NCBI GenBank assembly: GCA_004431415.1
Contig: QPMI01000524.1
Location: 186,001-250,000, forward strand
Length of the DNA: 64,000 nucleotides
From: Cyanophora paradoxa CCMP329
Lineage: Eukaryota; Plantae; Glaucophyta
Direction of reading: 5' to 3'
Position 1 is the stretch's first letter, and each line of letters begins with the position of its first letter. Positions 56,451 to 64,000 of this stretch are shown piece after piece. The notes below the pieces were generated by a model. The model did no database searches, had not been told where the DNA came from, and saw only the letters and a list, made by a program, of their open reading frames with translations. The position numbers and the translations under genes are program-made.

Positions 56451-57842
56451 ATGGATGTCACTTCAACCCTTCAACGACTTTCCCTGAAAGAGGCGCTAAC
56501 GACGCCCGAGGAAGCCAAGGCGTTCTTCCTTGATAACTCTCTCATGCTCGGTCTTGAATCCAAGAGCAAGCCTGTTCTTGTTAACGTTAGCCCATCGACA
56601 ACCTACCCCAACAATGTTGGTCAGCGCGTTTCTTTCAAGCTCCCTCGCTACAACTTTGTCGGTAAAATCGAGCTCGCTTTTGACCTTCAAGAGATTCTGA
56701 GTTTCACCGGTGATACTGACCTTGTTCGCAACGGCTACACTCGCCCTGTCGGTTCTCTTGTTGAACGCCTTGAAATCACTTATGGATCGTTCACCTATCA
56801 TGTGCCTTCTGATTTCCTGGCGATTTTCCCGCTGGTTTACTACTCGGAGGATCAACTCGCTAAGAAGAAGCGCTCAATGGGTATGCTTCACGGAATTCCT
56901 GCTCACGGCACCAACCGTACAGGTGGGTCTTTCTTCACTGAAATACCGGTGCCCTGGTTGAACCATTACCTTCCACTCGGCGCGCTTTCCGGTGAGATGG
57001 TAGTTACAGTTTGGTTTAAGGGCACCAACAAAGGATATGTTGAGACCTCATATGGTGGTCGTACCCTGAAAGTTGCGACTGCGACTCCTGCTGATTATAC
57101 TGCCGATGATGGTCTCGGAACTGCGGCGAGTTCCACGCTTGCGTATGTTGGTCAGAACATTACTGCTGGATTAATCTCCGGCTTCACTGTTCCTGATACA
57201 GTCGCTCCGGCACCTGAAACTCTGTCGATTAAATCACCACGTCTATACATGCACGCCATCAATGTTTCCGATGAACTCTTTGCGACTGTCATTGAGAAGG
57301 TCAAGACCACCGGTATGGCAATTCCTGCTCTCGATATTGGGTTCGTTGATGCCGCGAACTTTGCAGCGAAAGGAAACACTCAACCAAACAAGATTAACCT
57401 CAGCCAAATTTCTGGTCTTGTGTATGCTCTGCTTGTATCAGTTCGCGATGCTGCTGGTATCGACACTGCTGATGGTTCTCACAGCGTCTTAAAAACTCAC
57501 GCCAATGCCAAAGACATTACTATGACCTGTGAAATTAACGGTCAGCGTCTTTATTCAACGGAGCCAATCCCACTTCTCAAAGGTGCGGAACTCATTGCTG
57601 ATGTGTTCAAATGCTCGAACATGGACAAGGAAGCCAATCGTTACGTCCTTTCCGGATTTCCATTCTGCGTTGATGGTGAGAAGGCGATTCGCAACATTGC
57701 CCAATCTGGATACGTCGACCTTACGAACTCGTCCTCTTCGTACCTCACCCTCTACCTTCCTTCTGATCGCACTATTACAGTTAATGTTCGTGCTCTCATG
57801 CACTCGTTTATCATTGTCAATCTATGGCGAATCAATCTATGA
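56451..57842 (+). CDS. Major capsid protein (double jelly-roll)
   Basis: 463 aa. The pattern GQRVSFKLPR..LVERLEITYG..DFLAI..MG..TEIPVPW..YLPLGALSGEMVVTVWF follows the NCLDV/PLV DJR MCP N-terminal jelly-roll. Flanked by the pentons and the ATPase. Confidence 0.88.
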   Translation: MDVTSTLQRLSLKEALTTPEEAKAFFLDNSLMLGLESKSKPVLVNVSPSTTYPNNVGQRVSFKLPRYNFVGKIELAFDLQEILSFTGDTDLVRNGYTRPVGSLVERLEITYGSFTYHVPSDFLAIFPLVYYSEDQLAKKKRSMGMLHGIPAHGTNRTGGSFFTEIPVPWLNHYLPLGALSGEMVVTVWFKGTNKGYVETSYGGRTLKVATATPADYTADDGLGTAASSTLAYVGQNITAGLISGFTVPDTVAPAPETLSIKSPRLYMHAINVSDELFATVIEKVKTTGMAIPALDIGFVDAANFAAKGNTQPNKINLSQISGLVYALLVSVRDAAGIDTADGSHSVLKTHANAKDITMTCEINGQRLYSTEPIPLLKGAELIADVFKCSNMDKEANRYVLSGFPFCVDGEKAIRNIAQSGYVDLTNSSSSYLTLYLPSDRTITVNVRALMHSFIIVNLWRINL

Positions 57843-57940
57843 TCATAAATGTATGTTTTTATTACCTAAATCTGCAAAAAATGATTCCTTTTTTATCATC
57901 GATTTCTATTTAAAGGTAAGGTGTATAGGGTTAAATAACA

Positions 57941-58891
57941 ATGAGACCCCTTACCATTGAACAGTTCATTGCGAAGAGTCAAACCGCCCATGGTGACAAA
58001 TTCGGATATGACAAAGCAATTTACAAATCTTATAATGATAAAATAACACTCTTCTGTAAGACTTGTAATGAGTATTTCGACATAAACGCTGGAAGTCATC
58101 TATGTATGGCTAAAAAAGTAAATAACGGTGGCTGTCCTTCTTGTAGAAACAAGAAACTGCATGATGAGCGAAAGAAACCACAAGATCTTTTCATAGAGCA
58201 AGCCAAAGCAAAGCATGGAAACAAATATGATTATTCCCATGTGACCTACACAAATGCAACAACCAAAATTACGATTAAGTGCAACACCTGTAACGAAACT
58301 TTCCAACAGGCGGGTTACGCACATTTGAGGGGACAAGGTTGTAAAACCTGCTTTCTTAATCAGAGCGGACACCGCCGCCGCGATGACACCGAAACTTTCG
58401 TAATGAAAGCCAAAGAAGTGCATGGTGACCGCTACGACTATTCAAAAGTGAATTATTTCAACAAAAGAACAAAAGTGACCATAATTTGTCTGAAATGCTC
58501 TAATGAATTTGATCAGAACCCCTCAAATCACCTTAGAAAAGAGGGTTGTCCCCGTTGCAAAAACTCAAAAGGAGAACTTGCGATTGAAAAGATATTGGAC
58601 GAAATCGGATTTGAGTATAAGCGACAGTTTACGTTTGAAGATTGTCGTAAAACGAAGGCTCTACCGTTTGATTTCTATATACCTGCGCTGAAAATTGCTA
58701 TTGAATATGACGGACAGCAACATTTCCGCCCTGTCGATGTGTTCGGTGGAGAAGAAGCATTTGAGCAACTTAAAATTCGTGATCAAATCAAAACTCGCTA
58801 TTGCGAAGCAAACAATATAAAACTCTTACGCATCCCATACACAGAAACTGATATTGAGCGGTGCATTAAGAATTTCCTAATATCTCTGTAA
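57941..58891 (+). CDS. Free-standing putative homing endonuclease: three Zn-binding repeats + C-terminal PD-(D/E)xK (Vsr/DUF559-like) domain
   Basis: Repeats FI.KA...HG.KYDYS.V.Y......I.C..C...F.Q....HL...GC. Nuclease SKGE..LPFDFYIP..IAIEYDGQQH..RDQIK..CEANNIKLLRIPY. Confidence 0.88.
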   Translation: MRPLTIEQFIAKSQTAHGDKFGYDKAIYKSYNDKITLFCKTCNEYFDINAGSHLCMAKKVNNGGCPSCRNKKLHDERKKPQDLFIEQAKAKHGNKYDYSHVTYTNATTKITIKCNTCNETFQQAGYAHLRGQGCKTCFLNQSGHRRRDDTETFVMKAKEVHGDRYDYSKVNYFNKRTKVTIICLKCSNEFDQNPSNHLRKEGCPRCKNSKGELAIEKILDEIGFEYKRQFTFEDCRKTKALPFDFYIPALKIAIEYDGQQHFRPVDVFGGEEAFEQLKIRDQIKTRYCEANNIKLLRIPYTETDIERCIKNFLISL

Positions 58892-58960
58892 TCTCTAAAA
58901 CCATTGTCAGTCACATTTCGTTATTTTTATCTGTCTTTATTAAGAAAGATATACAATACC

Positions 58961-59743
58961 ATGGATGACATTCCCGAATTTAATGCTGGCGAAATGATTA
59001 AACCACCGTTCCGTGTCCTCGCAATCGGAAAAAGCGCGACGGGCAAGTCAGAAGCGGTAAAGTATTGGCTAAAACAGTTACATGATGCTAAAAAAATCGA
59101 TGTTGTTCTTGTTGTAAGTGGGACTAGCTTCAATCATTTTTGGGATAAGGTAGCGACATTACAACTGGGTAAATGGGATGCACCTTACATCGCCAAATTG
59201 CTGGATGAAAGGCAAGAGAAAATAGAGAAAGGAGAACCTGTAAACCAACTATGTGTTGTCCTCGACGATTTAATTGATAATGAGATTGTCGACCTGACCC
59301 GGGACAAGATTATAGGGAGCCTTTACAGTAGAGGGCGTCACTCCAAAATATCGATTATCTGTATCACACAGAAACTGCGTAAGGTGTCTTCAACCATTCG
59401 CGTTAATTCAGATTATGCAATGTTCCTCAGTGCCGCCAATCGCAAAGAACTGGAAGCCATTGAAGAAGAATACAATATTATGCGGGATAAAGACGCTTTC
59501 TATAAGATGTTTGAGGAATACGTACATTCCTATCAGTTTCTCATTTGGTCATCCGCGGATTATTCGGTAAAGTATTATGTAGATAAAGCGGATCTCGTTA
59601 AAGACTTTGGGTTTCCTCGGTTCCACAGGAAGCCAAAAAAGAAAGAAGACGAATTAAAACCGCCCGAGAAGGAGGAAGCACCAAAAGAGATTAAAAGCGC
59701 TGTTCACACGAATAAATTGATGCGATATAAGAGAGGGCTTTAA
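58961..59743 (+). CDS. A32-like (FtsK/HerA) genome packaging ATPase
   Basis: Walker A GKSATGKS, Walker B CVVLDD, then RGRH..ISIICITQ and IRVNSDY. Confidence 0.93.
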   Translation: MDDIPEFNAGEMIKPPFRVLAIGKSATGKSEAVKYWLKQLHDAKKIDVVLVVSGTSFNHFWDKVATLQLGKWDAPYIAKLLDERQEKIEKGEPVNQLCVVLDDLIDNEIVDLTRDKIIGSLYSRGRHSKISIICITQKLRKVSSTIRVNSDYAMFLSAANRKELEAIEEEYNIMRDKDAFYKMFEEYVHSYQFLIWSSADYSVKYYVDKADLVKDFGFPRFHRKPKKKEDELKPPEKEEAPKEIKSAVHTNKLMRYKRGL

Positions 59744-59771
59744 AAATATCTTCCATATAAATAAAGATACA

Positions 59772-60503
59772 ATGCCGCCAAAACGTAGAGGTGTTCCCGC
59801 TGGTGCTATGTCATATTCCGGCGGTGAAAGCCATGGCTCTATCAACACTACACCTATGCAATTTAATGGAATGAATGAAATCAAACCATCGCAACAGGAA
59901 GAAGACCCTCTTAATGCTGCCTATGAAGAATCCCCTGATGACAAGGCACCCCAAGCTTCTACAAGCGATCAGCTCAATATATCGCCGGATGCCTCTAAAA
60001 TGAAGGCGGTCGGTGAGGGTGCCCGTCGTATTATTGGTGCTGCGGATGATCGTGGATTAGGTCTTAAAGATCTTGCACTTGCTCGCAAGGGTGAAGGTGT
60101 TTCGAAAGAATCGGACAAGGTCATTCAATCTATGGCTGGTGAGGTGGCTTACAAGGCTGCACCAACTCAGAACATCCACCGAATCCCGAAGGCTCAATGG
60201 GATGAGATGACCGCTAAATTGAAGGATCTCGAAGCGAAATCAAGCGCGCTTGAACAGTATGTTACAGAGAAGAAAGAACGCGCTAAAATCAAGGAAATGC
60301 TGCGTAAAGAAGTATTCCGAATGGGAATTACTGGACTGCCCGATAAACAGTTCATCGGCAAGAAAGAGACACAAATAGATGAACAAGCGGTGGATGAGTT
60401 GAAGACAAAGACCCAAAAGGGAACCATTGAGCCTGGGGCTACCAAAGCGGAAGTCAGCAAAGGCGTTGCTCCCACAGCATACAAGCGGAGAGTTTGGCTT
60501 TAA
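59772..60503 (+). CDS. Hypothetical viral protein (charged, coiled-coil; possible core protein)
   Basis: 243-aa intact ORF following the ATPase. Confidence 0.7.
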   Translation: MPPKRRGVPAGAMSYSGGESHGSINTTPMQFNGMNEIKPSQQEEDPLNAAYEESPDDKAPQASTSDQLNISPDASKMKAVGEGARRIIGAADDRGLGLKDLALARKGEGVSKESDKVIQSMAGEVAYKAAPTQNIHRIPKAQWDEMTAKLKDLEAKSSALEQYVTEKKERAKIKEMLRKEVFRMGITGLPDKQFIGKKETQIDEQAVDELKTKTQKGTIEPGATKAEVSKGVAPTAYKRRVWL

Positions 60504-60539
60504 AGTCGTTCAAAAATGTTTTTTCCATGGCTAATATAA

Positions 60540-60788
60540 ATGGACGATACTATTAGTGTAATCGAATTTACCGGTGATGAACCTATTGCTGACAGATACA
60601 TAAGAAGCGTTTTAGCGAAGCAAAAACGATACAGGGAAGACCCGGTATATAGAGAGCGTGCGAAACAGCAAGCCTTAGCATCATATTACCGACGAAGAGA
60701 ACAGAAAGATGTGGTGAGGAATAGAGGGAGACCGATTAAATATGGCTGTGAATATCTGCAAGACAAAGATGAACCCGACCATATTTAG
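60540..60788 (+). CDS. Small basic protein with an AT-hook-like RGRP motif
   Basis: QKRYREDPVYRERAKQQALASYYRRR..RNRGRPIKY. Confidence 0.65.
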   Translation: MDDTISVIEFTGDEPIADRYIRSVLAKQKRYREDPVYRERAKQQALASYYRRREQKDVVRNRGRPIKYGCEYLQDKDEPDHI

Positions 60789-60946
60789 AGCGGGTCTTAA
60801 TATGAATTCCCTTGCAATAGGGACAGGTCGGCTCCATAAACGCCATTATAAGGTCAACTAATTCGTATGGGAACACGCGAGCAAGCAACAGCCTCATTCC
60901 CTTTTATTTTCTCCAATATTTAATACGTTGCTTTCTTGTAGGATCG

Positions 60947-61360
60947 ATGAATTTCATCACACAATGCATTGAGATGTTTCACTTACATTTTACGAGCACG
61001 TGCCACAACTCCTGCTGCGACACAACCGTAGAGGTTGATATTTCGGATGAGGATAACGGAGGTAGGCGATTATCTGTGTATTCTAACCACAGCGATAATC
61101 ATGATCGCCATCGATCACGATCACCCTCACCTGTGCCCGCTGCCATGAGCTCTAATATAGAAGCCACTCAGATAGAGGATGTACAAATAGAGTATGTTAG
61201 AAGGCGCTCATGTCCCGAATTTGCAGAAGGGCATTTCCGCGCTGATTCACCTTATCCGATGTATAGATTGGATCAAATGGCATTGAGCGACGATGAAAAC
61301 TTGACAAACCCTTATGTATATCCTCAGCAGCAAGAAAGACCTGTATGGAACGGGTATTGA
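60947..61360 (+). CDS. Hypothetical viral protein
   Basis: 137-aa ORF within the packed viral gene run. Confidence 0.55.
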   Translation: MNFITQCIEMFHLHFTSTCHNSCCDTTVEVDISDEDNGGRRLSVYSNHSDNHDRHRSRSPSPVPAAMSSNIEATQIEDVQIEYVRRRSCPEFAEGHFRADSPYPMYRLDQMALSDDENLTNPYVYPQQQERPVWNGY

Positions 61361-61484
61361 GCGGTGAATTTCGGTGGCGCTTTTATCGATTCGAGGGCAA
61401 AAAATGAAGGTTTCGGTAAAAGGTATATAAAGGCAAGGGAAATAATACAGAGTGACAAAAAAATATTTTCTCCTGTTAGAGTAA

Positions 61485-61898
61485 ATGGCGGAACCCAAGA
61501 TTTCTAACAAAGAGGCGATGGCAACACAGCAGGAAAAGCACAGACCCGGGCGACCAAGGAAGGTGCTCACAGAGGAGGAGAAAGCGGAGAGATTGAGATT
61601 AAAACGCGAGAAAGATGCCGAACGGCAGCGAAACAAGCACCAAAGGCAAAAGGAGGAGCGAATAGCCGCAGGAGAAGCGACTGTATTTACCCCGGAGCAG
61701 CTACATAAGATTGCACTCCGTAAACAGCAGCGATACCAAGACGATGAAGAGTATCGGGAGAAAATCCGGGAGAAGGCACGGGAATACCAACGCAGAAAAA
61801 GAGCGGAACGAAAGCTGAATCCGCCCGCAAAAACGCAGCCGCAAAAGCCCGCTGGAAGACCCCGAAAGCATGTCGTCGAGAATGTGGAAAATCCGTAG
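61485..61898 (+). CDS. Basic coiled-coil DNA-binding protein with two AT-hooks
   Basis: RPGRPRK and PAGRPRK flank an Arg/Lys/Glu-rich helix. Confidence 0.75.
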   Translation: MAEPKISNKEAMATQQEKHRPGRPRKVLTEEEKAERLRLKREKDAERQRNKHQRQKEERIAAGEATVFTPEQLHKIALRKQQRYQDDEEYREKIREKAREYQRRKRAERKLNPPAKTQPQKPAGRPRKHVVENVENP

Positions 61899-62070
61899 TG
61901 AAAAGTATCCAAACGATGCAAAAAATGACTAATTTTTTACCTCCCCTTTTATTCGTCTAACCGGTCAAAAAAGCACTTAAAGAATTGACAACAAGGGTAT
62001 GAAAGGAAGGATTTGGTAGATTGCGCTATAATTATTTTCTCCACTTATTTTAGGAGAACTAATAGACAAG

Positions 62071-64000
62071 ATGCCTCGGGCAACGAATAGAATCGCTAAC
62101 AAAGTTCGGGAGGAGATTATTGGGTACATCATGATGGGATTGAGTCAGGATTTACTGACAGAAGAGCAGGCGCATTGGGCGATGCACAGCACAATGAACA
62201 GGAAGCCCAAGCTCCAAACATTGATCGACGTTCGGGATACTCTGAGTGGTATCATTACTCCCGCTCCGGTGCCTGTAAACAGAGAGAGGGAGTATCGAAA
62301 TCGCATTCTCGATCAGTTGGATGGTTTCGATGCGGGAACCACAGCCACTGTTCAGTTCCAAATTTGGGGGGATGGATCAGGAAAGCGCTCGAATGAGCAG
62401 TTCTTTTTTCGTGGGAGAAAACTCGTTCCCTATCGCCGGCATCAAGAAACAGCGACAGTTGATGTCCTGAGGCGGTGGGCAAGAATGACAAACGGAGACT
62501 TGGGGGTCGCAACCTCCGCAGATGAGAGTATATTTTGGGAAGAAGAGGGTAAACTGCTGCTCGGAAAGGCTCAGTTCGAGGAATCGCTGCGGCAGGTGTT
62601 CTTTGGCGATACCCTTACCGCATCACAGGAACAAATGTTGAAAATCATGAATCTTTGGGACAGCTTTGATTTTCTTGTAGAAATAACCGGCATCACAGTT
62701 CACGGGGCAGGTGAAGAGCCGGTGGACTTTCTTGATCAACCCCTCAGAGAGAGCATGAGATGCACCGCGGCTGTCAGCAAGTATCTTGACTACAAGCTGA
62801 ACCCGAACGCTGCAACCATCGAGGAACTGATAGAGCTACCTCAGTCCTCAGAATCGAACGCCTGTGGCTACGATTTAATTATTTCTCAGTGGGGCAGATG
62901 CATAGAACGATGCCAAAAGGAGTCCAAACCGCGCTACACAGGTATTAAAATGACCAAAGAGGGTCTATTCAAGTTCTTTCACGGTAGGGAATATCAGCCC
63001 GGGGATTCTCTTGCGCTCACGTTGCGACAGCTCGAAAAGTTCTGCAAGAAGATCAACACGGGATTCAGGGTGTTTGATGTCAATGGACAGCTCAAATACA
63101 AGTTTGAGTCGAGCACAGTCTCTCGGATCCGACCGCAAATAATCCATTTCATGGTTCACAATCGCCACATCTACATTTTCAACGACAACATCAAGTCCCT
63201 CGAAATGCGGGTCGCGAAAATGAGCCTCGAAGAGGTGGAGGGCGAAAAGCCGCCGCCGAAATCAGCGCTTGCATCCTATAAAATCCCGACGGGAATGACC
63301 TACGATATATTCGCGTTCACCTCCAAGGATCTGTTGAAAATCACGGAAATGCAGCTGAACCCCGATGAGTCCGCATATGTAAGAATTCTATATACCGGAG
63401 GGCTTCCGGAGCTACTCCTAACGTTCCTAAAAATGAAATACGAGCCTTCTGTGTCGCTGACTGTCTCAAAGCAGATCAGGAAAATTTCGTTCAAGGCAAA
63501 CGGCTCTATGTTCACTATCACAGATCCACGCATGACTGATCACATGATAGAGCAGGAATTCGAGACCGAAGACTATTATAAGAGGGTCGCAGAATATGAG
63601 AAGGGGTTTAGGGAAGCTCTCATTCACGCAGGGAACATTTCGTTTTACAGCCCCACAATTCGCCAAGTGTTTACAAGCTACAAACGATCGGCTTTGAGTG
63701 GCTATTTCGTCATGCCCGACCCTAACAAAGTATACACAGCCGTAGATATGGCAAAGTGCTATCCTGCCATGCTGAAATCAATGGAGTTCCTTCCAAGGTT
63801 TAATGTGTTTGACGATTTCGTTCCTTTCAGAAAGGGCAGCGAAATTCTCGAATATGCTATTTACTTTGTGAGGGTCTTCGGGTTCGAGAGGACGGATCCC
63901 GATGATGAGGATATAGACTTTGATATGGCACGTGCACGCAAGATAGAAGGCATTGAGATTGTACTCGATCGCGCTTTCGCTTCCAATGGTCAGTGCTACA
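62071..64000 (+). CDS. Divergent family-B DNA polymerase-like replication protein (5' part; runs off the window; absent from the ORF track)
   Basis: Manual translation from ATG 62071 (MPRATNRIANK..) is open for 643 codons to the window end. It contains FMVHNRHIYIFNDNIKSL and a PolB motif-A-like YTAVDMAKCYPAML..LPRFNVFDDF (Asp codon at 63745). Confidence 0.75.
   Translation, partial: MPRATNRIANKVREEIIGYIMMGLSQDLLTEEQAHWAMHSTMNRKPKLQTLIDVRDTLSGIITPAPVPVNREREYRNRILDQLDGFDAGTTATVQFQIWGDGSGKRSNEQFFFRGRKLVPYRRHQETATVDVLRRWARMTNGDLGVATSADESIFWEEEGKLLLGKAQFEESLRQVFFGDTLTASQEQMLKIMNLWDSFDFLVEITGITVHGAGEEPVDFLDQPLRESMRCTAAVSKYLDYKLNPNAATIEELIELPQSSESNACGYDLIISQWGRCIERCQKESKPRYTGIKMTKEGLFKFFHGREYQPGDSLALTLRQLEKFCKKINTGFRVFDVNGQLKYKFESSTVSRIRPQIIHFMVHNRHIYIFNDNIKSLEMRVAKMSLEEVEGEKPPPKSALASYKIPTGMTYDIFAFTSKDLLKITEMQLNPDESAYVRILYTGGLPELLLTFLKMKYEPSVSLTVSKQIRKISFKANGSMFTITDPRMTDHMIEQEFETEDYYKRVAEYEKGFREALIHAGNISFYSPTIRQVFTSYKRSALSGYFVMPDPNKVYTAVDMAKCYPAMLKSMEFLPRFNVFDDFVPFRKGSEILEYAIYFVRVFGFERTDPDDEDIDFDMARARKIEGIEIVLDRAFASNGQCY

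Larger units (their letters stand above)
57874..61928 (+). promoter_or_regulatory. Three exact copies of GCAAAAAATGA (57874, 61397, 61918), a candidate viral early promoter element
   Basis: Each copy is intergenic and lies ~55-145 bp upstream of a non-structural gene (endonuclease, AT-hook protein, polymerase). Confidence 0.6.
44230..64000. mobile_element. Endogenous Polinton-like virus (PLV/virophage-like), right end outside the window; left boundary approximate
   Basis: Abrupt shift to AT-rich, intronless, densely packed long ORFs. Hallmark set present: DJR MCP, penton-like proteins, A32/FtsK-HerA packaging ATPase and a PolB-motif ORF. No integrase is visible within the window. Confidence 0.93.

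Noticed and set aside
57812-58909. CATTGTCA direct repeat flanking the endonuclease as a TSD
   Set aside because: Only 8 bp in AT-rich DNA, and removing the interval does not yield a more convincing MCP C-terminus.
61247-63666. Minus-strand and short ORFs over the right end (e.g. 61247-61921, 62152-63666)
   Set aside because: They are shadows of the AT-hook gene and of the long plus-strand ORF starting at 62071.

Overview
Eukaryotic, GC-rich protist/algal genomic DNA with many short (~50-80 nt) GT...AG introns, often GTGCG...GCAG. The intron style and the expanded F-box/LRR family are reminiscent of the glaucophyte Cyanophora, but that is inference only. There are three zones. (1) 1-6.3 kb: a higher-order satellite built from ~150-bp monomers. 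(2) 7-44 kb: a repeat-rich accessory region with four F-box(/LRR) genes, a SETD8/PR-Set7-like SET methyltransferase, a Ulp1/SENP-like cysteine protease, a Zn-finger+SAM gene and several orphan genes. These are punctuated by a recurrent ~350-bp promoter-like repeat and a recurrent GCGGAA(C/A)CA motif. This zone also holds a 3.28-kb insertion (24200-27477) with a perfect 17-bp target-site duplication and an A8 tail that nevertheless keeps at least 6 spliceosomal introns and shows no recognisable RT. (3) ~44.2 kb to the window end: an intronless, AT-rich, apparently intact endogenous Polinton-like virus (PLV). It encodes a double-jelly-roll MCP, two divergent penton-like proteins, an A32-type packaging ATPase, a patatin-discoidin fusion, five phage-like fibre genes (four paralogues share an N-terminal module but have different heads), a free-standing PD-(D/E)xK endonuclease, and a PolB-motif ORF from 62071 that runs off the window and is missing from the ORF track. 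All protein calls are by motif recognition; no database searches were run.
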